Positions 12,901 to 24,834 of a stretch of 64,000 bases of DNA are shown here, in pieces (within the stretch, counting starts at the first letter, position 1; the number at the start of each line of letters is the position of its first letter). A model generated the notes under the pieces. It searched no databases. It was not told the origin of the DNA and worked only from the letters and a program-made list of their open reading frames with translations. Source of the DNA: Lingula anatina (taxonomy: Eukaryota; Animalia; Brachiopoda); the NCBI GenBank assembly GCA_051362555.1, contig CM120648.1:9854587-9918586 (forward strand), given 5' to 3'. The position numbers and the translations under genes are program-made.

Positions 12901-13119
12901 AAGAAAACTTCGATGTTAGAGACTTAAGTATACATGTTTTGTGTGTGTAACGTCAAATACGGCGAACTTTACCCGACCGGCCAAATAGTCCGTGTGACAA
13001 AGTCGGACCTTCATTATATCCGTATAGGTCATGATATCGTGATGTAAGTGAAACAAAATCAAGGATGAGGAATCAGAGCCCTGTTCTACAAGGAATCTCT
13101 TGTGCATGATAACGGAATA

Positions 13120-13320
13120 TGGAAGGGGAGGGGGAGAGGAGGTTAGGAGGGGGTGCAGGGGGTGGTTGGGAGGGGGTGCAGGGGGTGGGGGAGGGGCGGA
13201 TTGAAGGGGGTGCCGGGGGGAGGGGAATACGGAAAGGAGGGGGACGAGGGGGCGGATTGGAGGGGGTGCCGGGGGTGATTGAAAGGGTAAATTGGAGGGG
13301 GGGGGGGAGGAGGAGGGGCA
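13120..13320 (+). repeat. G-rich low-complexity tract in the probable KLHL17 3'UTR
   Basis: Many runs of 3-10 G within 200 bp starting 220 nt after the stop codon. Confidence 0.8.
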
Positions 13321-14386
13321 TCGGCAGATTGAAATGGGTGCTGACCCTTGGCTACATGTATGCTTACGTGGTTTACTTAGGAAAGTGATGAATGCAGTTG
13401 CGATTCCAAAGGAATGTGATGTATGTTATGATGTAACGTGCAATATATGTTAAATTATGCTACAGCAATGTTTCATGTTATTTACAAATATATGTTGTAT
13501 TTTGAGTAGCAATTAACTGTCATTATATGAATGAACACAATATAACACCCTGCCTTTTAGTCTTACACAGGATTTATAGAATAGATTAAAAGGTTTGAAA
13601 TAAAATATAGATTAAAAGATGGGTTTGTTTTTATTGTGTGTCTGTGCATGCCAGGTACAGCAGTGTCAGATTCAGGGGGAGGGACAGCGGGCAAGTTCTC
13701 TCATCCCAATTAGATTCGGAGTTATCCCTTCAACCTTCTAAAAATAAGGGATTGTTTCTTTGCGCTACACGCATAAAATTGTCCTCCCCTACCGTGCTAT
13801 ATTTACCAAGCGGATCGAAGCAAATAGAGAACGGATATTGCCCAGCCAATCGAGCGATCAATGCAGCGCCCCCCCCCCCCCCCAGCAAAAACCAGTGTTT
13901 TATAACTGTATTTAGACTTGTGGTGTATGGATTACACATTTGAGGTCGAACGAGTAGAATAATCAACGTTGCTGACGGTCGATCTCATTGCAACTCTACA
14001 ATGATAGGCAATTCTAATTTTATTGCTACTCACGCAACGATTTCGTGATTGTTCTGTATTTGCTCGAAGCTTTTTAATATTATATCAAAACGTCCACGGG
14101 GATAAAAAGCGAAATACATTGTATGTGACTGGGCCTCGAGGTGTATAGTACTAGGTTTATGAGTGCATTTGAATATTTCTAGATTTCATGATTGTATTTG
14201 AATATAACTAGATTTTTTCAGTGCATTAAAAGCAATTATAAAGCAAGATGAATTAAAAAAGACTACGACTGATCCAAAATACTACGGTGGGCATGGCAGT
14301 ACCGTTGTGACAATAATGGTAGTCCTCAGTGAACAGTAGTCTGTTCCCCATGCTTTCTTTAATCATCCGCCCCTTATACTAGCCTA

Positions 14387-14603
14387 GTGGCAGATTTACA
14401 GTGGTGGGGGTGGGGGTGGGGGGTGGGGGGTGTCCTGCCCCCCCCCCTTCGATTTCTAGTCCCCTCTTGATATTAGAATTTTGACTAGATAAATCATAGT
14501 TCTAAACCGTACCAAATGGTATCATTCGCTTTCAGCGGGCCCCCATCCCCACGGCTTCGCATCCATTGACCCCCCCCTTCAAATAATCCTGGATCCGCCC
14601 CTG
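14387..14603 (-). mobile_element. Short interspersed TIR element; inverted sister copy at 16448-16712
   Basis: Ends AGTGGCAGATTTA ... TTCAAATAATCCTGGATCCGCCCCTG are the reverse complement of CAGAGGCGGATCCAGGATTATTTGAA ... TAAATCCGCCACT at 16448-16712; internal segments also align. Confidence 0.65.
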
Positions 14604-15474
14604 TTACTACAATACTCTGACTAACTTTAACCTGTTCTAATCATATGGGAGCCCGGGCTTTCATCTCTAGGACTGCTTATCCTGTCACACCAGGATCCAA
14701 TATGGTGGCTCGATGGAACCACGCTGGTTTTTACGGGTGAACCTGGATATTTCAAATTTGTTATTTTTCCGTGGTGGGCTTGAGCAGATGTGTTGACTTG
14801 TAGGAGGTAGTTGTTACGTAGGGTAGTCGACAGATTATGAGTGGAAGGTGATGGATCAATACAAGCTGGGGGTTTCTTTTGAACCAACGGGTAAAGTCAT
14901 TGGTTTGTTTTATTGTGAGAAAACGTCTCCATTGTAATCGTCTCATCTAGAAACATGAAAAACTGTTCACTCTAATAACGCACCAGCCTTTAAACCTTTT
15001 CAGGGGGTATTAAAAGTAAGTGAACACACAAATTAAAAAAAATCTATTGCGGACAAAAAGTATACCCTACGTACAAAACGATTTCCAGAAAATTGAATGG
15101 ATTAAATCCAAATGAATTAATACTCAGTCGGTTACATTTTAAAGAATCTAGTCCTGACTTATACGAAAGCTCTAACGGGAAAAATATATTTAATCACCTA
15201 GTAAAAATGTGCCATTTGTTAAACCTCAGTTGTGAGCCATGAATAATCAGACACATCGCTCCTAGCTGGGGATTTTTTTTTACAAAGGAACGTGTTATAA
15301 AGGTTGATATAAAACCGCCGCCAGGTAAAAATTAGCGTCCTGGTAACTTCATTGTAAGGCCTGTTTGGGGTTTTGTTGATGCAAAATACATGCAAAACGT
15401 CGGTAGGATCTCAAACGTTTCCTATTTCAATATATACAGAGGTCTGCAACACGTTTAATCATTGACACAGAGGA

Positions 15475-18400
15475 ATGGCCCTTTTCTCAAATAGAAGAAG
15501 TTTCCCATCATGGAAGACCTTGTTTTCGGTTGGTGCCCTTGTTGCAATATTGTTGACAGCGGCGTATTGGTACCGAACCTTCCAGGAGGTGACACGCGGC
15601 AAGGTAAAGCTCTCTGCCTTTTGTTGACAAATTACAGATAGCAAGCCGCCATTGGCCCCACGTCGGCAAGCCACTCTGTTGATTTTGGCTCTTTGTCGTT
15701 TGCCCAACCATGAAAAACGAACCTACGTTTCCCATTGAAAAGGTCGAGATAGAAAATATACAAATTATTATAACTTCCTTATAGTCTAGTGAGATTTTTG
15801 AAAAAAGGCTCTGCATAAGAGGCAAGGGGCATTTTGGGGTAAAAGTTGGGAACCAGGCTTATTAGCATAATTTTGGGATGCCGATTCCGATTAACCCGGT
15901 TCCCAAGCGAAATTTTGCGTTTTTAACGGTTTAATTGCAAAAAAACAAAATGGCCGCCAGATTTCCTATTTTCTGCAATATCTCTGGAACTAGACAGGCA
16001 AATATGACAAATGAAGTGTCTTTACCTATATTTTCAGGGTCGAGGAACATTATTAAGATGTTTCTGTTAAAATTAGAGTTACGCAATTTTCCTAAATATG
16101 CAAATTAGGATCGCCATTACTGAAAAACCGTTTTACTTCTGTATCTCTGCAACTACAAGCAAACATGACAAATGAAGTGTCTACACCTATGTTCTCAGGG
16201 TCAGTGAATGTGACAAATCAGGTGTCTTGTCTGATGGGTAGCACTGACTTTGTGAATCGTGTCCGAGTAGCACCTTTTACTGTTTCTTCCCTGTATCTGT
16301 CAAACACTAGTCAATCTGCTGATAGTTAGAACCTGCCTACAGAACTGCTCTTACGTACGTGTCAGCCAAACTACCAAAGGCCACTGCATTGTCAGGCTTT
16401 CCCAGTGAAATTGCCAGTGCTTGCCAATCAATTATAAGGCAAGGTGAGCAGAGGCGGATCCAGGATTATTTGAAGGGGGGAGTCCGCGGATGCAAAGCCC
16501 CCCCCCCCCCCCCCCCCCCCCAACTGGCAACGGGTTAGGGGCCTGTTGAAGGGCCATGAACAATTTTGGTATTTAAGAGGGCGAACGGTGCCATTTGGTA
16601 TGGTTTACAACTATGATTCAGCTAGTCAAAATTATAATTTCAAGTGGGGGACAAGAATTCGAAGGGGGGGGGGGTCAGGGCCCCCTTGAGCCCCCCTCTA
16701 AATCCGCCACTTGGTTAGGAGTCATTCACTTTAATTTCATCAGGGCAGAATACGTCTTCTGTTAACCTTTCTGTTACAGATTTGGTCTCAACGAAATCGT
16801 TTAGAAGCTTGAGAAACTGCTCAGACTTGCTATTAACACAGAAATGTTTTCTGTATCGTCAATCATTTAATTGGATTCAATAGAATATCAGAAGATTAAA
16901 GTTAAAATTCAAGAAATTTTGTAAATTAAAATGAAACGATACCAACGGGTAACCAGTAATAGGCTAATGGAAATATCGCTGAAATGGATGAGGTGAGATG
17001 TCATCGTGTACTTAAAGTATACACATACATAATGACATTTAATATGGAATATTTTAGTTCAAAAGCAAAGTGTTGATAATAAATTAACTTTTTTAGAAAA
17101 ATTGATCACATACGACAATTGTGATCAGGTATATGTGTAGCCAGGTGTGTTGGTTATTGTTCATTAGGCTGCTTTCTCTGAAGCGCGGTTATATTACGTA
17201 ATATGTGGCAGTTTCTCTGAGCAGTCCTCTTTGGCTGGTTACAGAATGCGTATAAAAGGGCAGCAGTGCTGCAGAATAAGTCTCTATATTTCGGCAATGT
17301 CCAGTCAAATAGTTTGATATTTTGCAGACTGTTAGCTGATCTTACGGTATGTGAACTTACGGCAGCAACTTGCCACACTATTGTTGCATTATGCCACAAT
17401 GGACTGAAGCAAACTGCTATTGCCAGACAACTGCATGTGTCCCAGGGTGCAGTTTCTAACGTCTTACAAAAACACGCCCAGACTGGTACATTAACACAGA
17501 GACCACGGCCAGGAGGTCCTAAAGTCACCACCAGAAGGGTAGACCGCATGCTTCTGCGGTTATGTCGCAACAACCGGACAAAGACAACTCTTGCTGTAAA
17601 AAAATGAGTGGCAAATTACCATTCAAAAGCATGTTTCTAGAACTCTAGTGAATGCAAGGCTACTTTAAGTTGGCTACCTCTATTAACAGAGCAACACCAA
17701 CATCTGCGTCTGGGGTGGGCTAGACACCATTTGCGGTTCCAGGCACAACACTGGGTTCATGTAGATTTTTACAGATGAGGCAGGGTTTGCGTTCCACCAC
17801 CGTGATGGCTGAATCAGTCAGTAGGCTTCCAGACGAGTTACTGCACGAGGATTGTGTCACACTACAGTGACTTGTGGCCGTGGCAGTATCTGTGTATGGG
17901 CCGGTTTCAAAAACACTATTGGTGGCAATTGATGGAGACCTCAACCAGATAAAATAAAAGGACATTTTAGAGAATACTTGCTTGCAATTTGCAAGAAGGT
18001 GCTTCCAGGACAACTTCATCCTGCAAGATGACAATGCCCGACCACACCGTGCCCATGCAATAGCTGCTTTTCTGCAAAACCAAGAGGTAAACCAGTTGCC
18101 TTGGCCGACGGAATTCCCCTGACATGAATTCTATAGAAAACCTGTGGGCATAAATAGCTAGCAGAATCAAGAGCTAACCCGTCCAGCCTACAAATCAGCA
18201 CAAGCCTAGGCAAGCTCTGACTAATGCGTGTAACACAATACTGGATCAAACTCTCAGAAACCTCTCTGCATGGATCCCTGGCCGAGTGAGGGCTCTGGTT
18301 GCAGCTAGAAGAGGCTGCATGCGTTCTTATCAGTTCCCATTTTCACATTTGTCTTGATGATTCTGTTGTGAAAGAGAAAATCCTTACAAACTGATATTCT

Positions 18401-20259
18401 TGATAATATCGAGTTCATAAGTATTTAATACCTTGTTGTTATCAGCTATAAAATTATCCGTGCGCTGTTTATAACGCTGATTTGAATACGTATTTAAATT
18501 AAATTTTTGATGATGTATTCACATGGATTGATTTATTAAAGCCATATCGAACATGATAACAAGTGTTTTTTCATCCATTACTAATATATGGGAAAAAATC
18601 AAAGAAAATATGTTTGAAAAAATCTATTTAAATGTCAAGTCCGTACATTGCATCACATGAATTACTTGATTCAGCAAATCCCTCCATTGCATAAATAAGG
18701 AAACCTTTTTTAAATCTAGGTAAAAGGGGCAGTTGTGTGATCCAATATGTTTACATCCCAATGGCAGCGCAGTGTTTAATTGCAAAATTCAATTCAGATT
18801 TGAATAATCGCTACAGTGTGACAGTGAGGCACTCATTGCTGATTTGATTATAGTGAAAATGTCTTAACCACTTTCCCTAACGCTGAAAACATAGGTGTGG
18901 GCACTTCATATGTCATGTCTGCTTGCCTAGTTAACATATGAGCAGTTCTGAAGACAGGTTCTAACTATCAGCAGATTGACTTGTGTTTGACGGATACAGG
19001 GAAGAAACAATAAAAGGTGCTACTCGGGCACGATTCACAAAGTCAGTGCTACCCATCAGACAAGACATCTGATTTATCACATTCCCTGACCCTGAGAACA
19101 TAGGTGTAGACACTTCATTTGTCATATTTGCCTGTCTAGTTCCAGAGATATTGCAGAAAATAGGAAATCTGGCGGTCATTTTGTTTTTTGCAAATTAGAC
19201 CGTTAAAAACACAAAATTTCGCTTGGGAACCGGGTTAATCGGATTCAGCATCCCAAAATTATGCTAATAAACCTGGTTCCCAACTTTTACCCCAAAATGC
19301 CCCTACTATTCATCTTTTGTGGAAATCCCACTAGACTATTATTTCAGATTGTTGCAGAGGTTTCGAAACAGACCACGGTTGGCAATATCACTATGGCTGA
19401 ATATACTTTGAAATTAACCTGTGGCCAGGTCTGTGACTACAATATACAGAAGAGGGAAGGAGATGCTTTTCTGAAAAAGGAATTTAACTGTCACTCTCTC
19501 CTCGTGAGGATGAAGGTACCTCCTGGAAAAGTGTACGACCCTCCTCTACGAACACCACCAGCGGGCCTCATGTCCGCGTTTACTCAAAATGGCGCACTAC
19601 AGCTAAAGCATTTCTACTTTAAGTATGCCAAGAAGGCCTTCCAGACGAGTTTTAGTAGTAAATTAATGGCCAACATGATCGATATGGACAAACGCAATGT
19701 GATGTTGGGTTCCTATGAGTATATGAGTGCAGGGTTCAAGCACGTTTTGAAGGCGTTTGAGAATGAACTGAAAGGGAAACGCGTTACGGTTATTGGGACT
19801 CAGGTACCATGGGTAGAAGTCATGCTCTTGAATACCGGAGTGACCAATGTGACCGCTGTTGATTATAATGAAATAAACATAGAACATCCGAGTATCTCTT
19901 TTAAATTGGTGACACAGTTGGCTGAGGAACATATCAAGAAGGAAAACGAGCAACTGGACGTTGTAGTATCTTTTTCCTCCATTGAACACGCCGGACTGGG
20001 GCGTTATGGCGACCCTCTTAACCCATACGGCGATCTCGAAGCTGCGGCACAAGTGTGGTGCATGCTGAAACCCGGCGGACTGTTTTTCCTCGGAGTTCCT
20101 GCCGAGTGCGGGAAGGAGAAAGGAACGCTGGTTTTTAATGGCCATCGCATATACGGTGAAGCTCGGCTACAGCATCTGACGGCTAACTTCATTCAGCTGC
20201 AGCGAATATTTGTTGGCGATCACGCCATTATGGTTTTGAGGAAACCACTGGCAAATTGA
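15475..20259 (+). CDS. DUF268-family SAM-dependent methyltransferase-like protein with N-terminal membrane anchor (346 aa, two coding exons)
   Basis: Exon 15475-15603 (MALFSNRRSFPSWKTLFSVGALVAILLTAAYWYRTFQEVTRGK|gtaaag) joins in phase 0 to 19348-20259 (tttcag|IVAEVSKQ...). The second exon carries DUF268-type motifs VIGTQVPWVE, SFSSIEHAGLGRYGDPLNPYGDL, LKPGGLFFLGVP and FNGHRIYG. The first 29 aa of track ORF 19261 are intronic/transposon-derived. Confidence 0.85.
15782..19338. mobile_element. 3.56-kb non-autonomous DNA transposon with long TIRs (TAG...CTA termini, TTA target duplication; possibly Academ-like)
   Basis: Left arm from 15782 (TAGTCTAGTGAGATTT...) to ~16340 is the reverse complement of the right arm ~18955-19338 (...AAATCCCACTAGACTA). 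TTA at 15779-15781 and 19339-19341. The superfamily is guessed only from termini and TSD length. Confidence 0.8.
17030..18647 (+). mobile_element. Degenerate Tc1/mariner transposon nested in the long-TIR element
   Basis: HTH region (IVALCHNGLKQTAIARQLHVSQGAVSNVL...RPRPGGPKVTT) then frameshifted DDE remnants (FILQDDNARPHRA, SPDMNSIENLWA); TIR remnants GACATTTAATATGGAATA (~17034) and TTAAATGTCAAGTCCG-TA (~18628-18646). Confidence 0.85.
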
Positions 20260-20291
20260 TATTGAGAGAACAGTTTCATTAGCTCTGTATG

Positions 20292-20473
20292 TATCAATTT
20301 AAATTATTGTTTTTCTTTTTATCAAGAGCTTATAAAATATTGATATTTTATATTATCTTATATTATATTATATCATAAAAAATTATAAATTATAAAATAC
20401 AGAAATATTGAAGGTAAAACCTACATATTTTATAAGCTCTTGATAAAAAGAAAAACAATAATTTAAATTGATA
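20292..20473. repeat. Perfect 49-bp inverted repeat with 84-nt spacer in the DUF268 3'UTR
   Basis: 20292-20340 is the exact reverse complement of 20425-20473. Confidence 0.9.
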
Positions 20474-20629
20474 TTGGTTTAGATTTCATAAATTGTTTGT
20501 CATGGTAAAGCCAATTAAAAGATCCAGCTCTAAGACCTCAAAGAGTCATCTTATATTAAAGAAAATGATAGCCTCCGGACAGTGATATGTTACACAGTCA
20601 AAGAACTCACTACAGTAAATCATGAAAAG

Positions 20630-21971
20630 TCAGTAATTGCGGGTATGACCTCCAGCAGCCGCTTGCAGCGCCCTCATCCTACATGGCATACCCTGTGACA
20701 TGTTTTTTTAGAGTTTGGGTGGGGATATCATTCCAGGCAGTGGTATTTAACTGTCGCAGTTCATCACTATTTAACGGCCGATGACCATAGCTATTAATTC
20801 TATGAGTTACTTTTGCCCAAAGCTTTTCAATTGGGTACATCTTGAGAGTTTGCAGGCCAGGGCAGTTGCTGAACCCATTGGTTTTGAAGAAAAAAGTGAT
20901 TCTGCGGCCTAGATGTGGGGTTGCGCAGTCGTCTTGGTACACAAAGTTGTTCCTTAAGATGACTCTTACCAATCGAAGCATTGTTTGCTGTAGAATGTCT
21001 CTGTAGGAATCCTGGATGAGGTTGCCTCCTAAAAAAACCAACTGGTTCTGGGCACCGACATGAAATGCTCCCCAAACAGAGACGTAACCATCCCCTGCTT
21101 GCACCCTAGGCAGTACACAATCATCGTTTTATGCCCCTCGTGCACGTCGGTGGACACGGATTCGACCATCAACCCTAAAAAATCCATATCTGGCCTCATC
21201 ACTGAAAACGACGTGATTCCAGTGTTTTGGCTGCAAATGCACGTGGTCCCCAGCCCATTGCAGACGTCGCTGTATGTTACCTGCTGTTAACAGTGGTTTC
21301 CCTACTGGCCTTTGTGCAAAATAACCGGCTTGCAGTAACCTCTTGTTCACGAGGGACCTTGAAACGGGCGTTTGAATGACATTCTGCCTCTCTTTTCTGA
21401 GGACACTGGTTGTCTTTGCACGACCAGCACGGCGTCCTCTAAGGAGAAGGCGATCCTGTCTTCTTGGTGTGATACGCGGACACCTTGGTCGAGGTATTGG
21501 AGTAGGTGCCCCTGTTGCAGCATTTCTTTGGAGGACTTTACTAACGGTTCCTGATAAATGTTGAATTACCTTGCAATGGCTATCCGTTTCTGACCATTTT
21601 CTCTGAGAGCAAGAATCCCATAGTAAGCTGCGTTGCTTAGCTGTCGAACCATATCTTCACTAAGGTACCTGTCAAGTTTCAGAGCGATCCCTTTGTTGCT
21701 TCTTTAAACACACTCCAAAGATTGACCAAACCCATGCGTTTTTAAACAAGGGCAGAAATTGCCGAAAACACCACCCCTCACATTTCTGACCACAGAACAT
21801 GCAACTGCATGCATCAATTGTTATGAGAGTTGTGTGGTAATTAGGTAACACACCTGGCTACACATGGAGTGACACCTTAGCTTTGGATTTAAAATAGTTA
21901 GAGAGAAATTAGATATTTTGTAGAAAATTTACTTGCCAAAAAGTAATATTCCACATTAAGTGGTAACCCTG
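20630..21971 (-). mobile_element. Degenerate Tc1/mariner transposon
   Basis: Minus-strand fragments VNKRLLQAGYFAQRPVGKPLLT...WNHVVFSDEARY and VSVWGAF...FVYQDDCATPH...PIEKLWA; one terminus TA-CAGGGTTACCACTTAATGTGGAATA at 21973-21947; shares ATGTGTAGCCAGGTGTG with the 17-kb element. Confidence 0.85.
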
Positions 21972-24181
21972 TATATACTTTAGCTCAATAACAACTTTTT
22001 CTCAACTAAAAGCAGTAAAATAGAAACCTGGCTGTACTCATTTGATATGTAATGTTTTAAAATTCGGGCTGGTGCGTTTTATTGTTTTCCAATATAGGAA
22101 AGGGAATGATATCGTTGTGGTTATTTTTTTTCTTTTGTGCTAATATTTTGTGCATCACTTTTTAAAAGTCAATTCAACAATAAAGCTGTACGACCTCAAA
22201 GAGTCATGTTAGGCCCCATTCAGAATAGGGGACTAATTAGTCCGAGGGTCAAATATGGCGACCCACTACAAAGCTTGCCGTCTAACCCGCTGATAGACAC
22301 TGAATAGATATCCCGTGGGGAAGTATTTAAGTGGGTCGGTCATATATGACTACATTTAAAACAAATGACGACACGGAATTGTAGCTTATACACTTGTGGT
22401 CAACTCTGCCAATTTTCGTGATAAAATCTTGTTCAGGGATAAAGTTTCGCCCCATACCGATTGCTACCTCACGTCAAAATAAAAAGGTGTTAAATTGGCG
22501 ATGAAAGCTTTGAGTTGCCTATGCTTATACATTGCAACAAGAAATATAAACGCCTATATTTTATATTTTTGAAGCGTTTTTATTGTATTAAATCAGCACA
22601 AAGATAGATGCAATATTGAATAATAAGACGCTGGAATACCTCAAAGGGTTACAATATTCTTGAGCATAATGTATTATTTTGTATCAAAATTGACAGTAGC
22701 CTTCCTTGTGCATCATTATTTTTTTGCTTTTTGTCTGTAAATTCAAGAGCTTTGCTGCATCGTGTTATTCCAAATTTACTGTCCACGGCAGTTTGAATAG
22801 GAAGATTTAGGCCCGTTGGCCAAAAAAATCTGCAGGCAAGTTTAAAGGCGACTCGGCGGTTCAAATCGCAGCATGGCTTGCACTCGTTGACGTGGTGGCA
22901 GTTGTAAACCTGAAAGAATAAACAATCGGAATATTTTAGAGACTGCATAAAACGTTGAAACTCAGTGTCAGGAGTCTGTGGAAATTCCGCTTCCTAGGGC
23001 CAGTTTCACAACGGTAAAGATTGTCTTTATTCTGATGCAAATTTTTAAAATCAGTTGTGATTCGAGATTAATATGACGAGGTCTAAGAAAGTGGTAGTGT
23101 TTGTCTTTTTACCATGACGAATGAAATTCACAAGTCTCTCTATATAAAAGTGTCTTTAACACAAGAAACTACAGGACTCAAAAACCCGTTTCACTGAAAA
23201 AGTCTCTTGCATATATTTATCACCTTTGTAACGATTGGGAAATGTTACGATAGCTAGGAAAATGATTAGATTTTTGCTGTACATGTATAATGGTCTAACG
23301 CTGATTGTGTGCCTCCAAGTTCTTTCGTTAAACTGCGCTCTTGTTAACCTACCTGCTGTCTCTTGCTACAGTCTGGAACAATCTTTCCTTCCTTGACAGA
23401 AGTCTGGCACATGACGATGAATTGGCAATGGCGGGTCTGGACGGCACACACTGGCTTCATGCATATGTTGCATGGATCACCTTCGACAATAGCCACAGTT
23501 GGGGCTTCTCTCTTCCTGCGGCTGCCGTCTGCAATCAAAATTGAGAAAGAATTAAATTAGATTTGCATGTTTGAGTTTTGTTGCAGGCATCACTTTCAGT
23601 GATGGTCACCCCACTACGTATATTCTGAATAAAAATGCATATGATTCTAGTAAATGCGGAGATTATCTACCGAAAAAAGGCAACCCTGTCTAATTGTGTT
23701 TTCATTTCCTCTGTGCAGTGTCATCGGTATCAAAACTCCTTTTTGGATATCAAAATAACTATAAACTGTTTAGTTTTTACAAAAATAAACCAGTTATTTC
23801 ACTTATTTCACTTATTTCACCAGTGATATGTCCTACCTTTTTCGTCAGCCCTTAAGCTCTCCATCATCTTCTTAGCTCTGAAGGTGGCGAAGTTCCTGCA
23901 CTTGGGGATGAGATCCTCTGGCAGGAGGCTCTCTGGCTTCTGTGGGGTTCCCTCAATGTTGTAGTCGCTGGTCTGAATGCTGGTAACTGGCATATCTCCC
24001 TAAAAAGGAAAGAAACGGAAAATTCAAACACCTGATTTCTAAACGCTTAGATTTCTGGGTTGTTTTCACCACGGGAATATTTTTCTTTATGAGCATTTTA
24101 TTTTTTTTCAAAACTACGTAGTGACACAACGGAGAGATGCAAGTGATATAATTTGCAGCATGTTTAAGTAGATATGACACG

Positions 24182-24260
24182 CCAAGCAAACATAGAACGT
24201 TATTAGAGGGTTACCATAACGTTGGGATAACGCTCTGATAACGTTCTGTGTTTGCTGGGC
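24182..24260. mobile_element. Very short palindromic element CCAGCAAACA...TGTTTGCTGGG (related copies at ~32483-32578 and ~52424-52513)
   Basis: Inverted ends with internal AACGTT repeats; three related copies in introns of the BRICHOS array. Confidence 0.55.
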
Positions 24261-24803
24261 AGATGTTCATGTTACATATGTATCCTCCGATTGTACAAAA
24301 GCAATGCTGGTTTGGGGTACAGTGGGTCATTTTGAAATCTGAGAACCCCCTTCTCTTATCCAAGTACAGTTTAACAATCGAAATAGACAAAAACAAGCTA
24401 CTGTGCAATCCCATTGCTTTATAAAAATGTTATCTTCGTCTACCACTTCACATTTGCCGAATCTTATTTGTTAACCTTTGCCCTCCCTTCATAAGCAAAA
24501 TCCTGGAACTGTAATTCTTAATTTTCTGAAAGAAGGACTTTCATAAGTCTTTGCGCTTGTTCTCTAAAGTGACAAGGTTTGCTTTTCTTAGGGCATCAAC
24601 ACGAGATAAACCAGGAATTATGATATTTAAAAACTTCAGGAATTTTTACATATAAACTGTTAATACGAACTTAATGAAAATCAAAAGATTTCACCCTAGA
24701 AGTATTACAAATGTGCAAAAAAGTGTAACATAAAATCACAGATTGTGGCCTCTAACGTGAAACGACGACGTGACCACAAACGTGCATACCAATATACTTG
24801 TAA

Positions 24804-24834
<31 letters not shown>

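Noticed and set aside
13073-13388. Pro-rich and Gly-rich ORFs resembling extensin or glycine-rich proteins
   Set aside because: Translations of a G-rich low-complexity tract downstream of the KLHL17 stop.
19261-19347. Apparent N-terminus of the 332-aa ORF
   Set aside because: Lies in the transposon TIR and intron end; the real N-terminus is better explained by exon 15475-15603.
19663-20192. Minus-strand ORFs of 160 and 62 aa
   Set aside because: Antisense shadows of the DUF268 coding exon.
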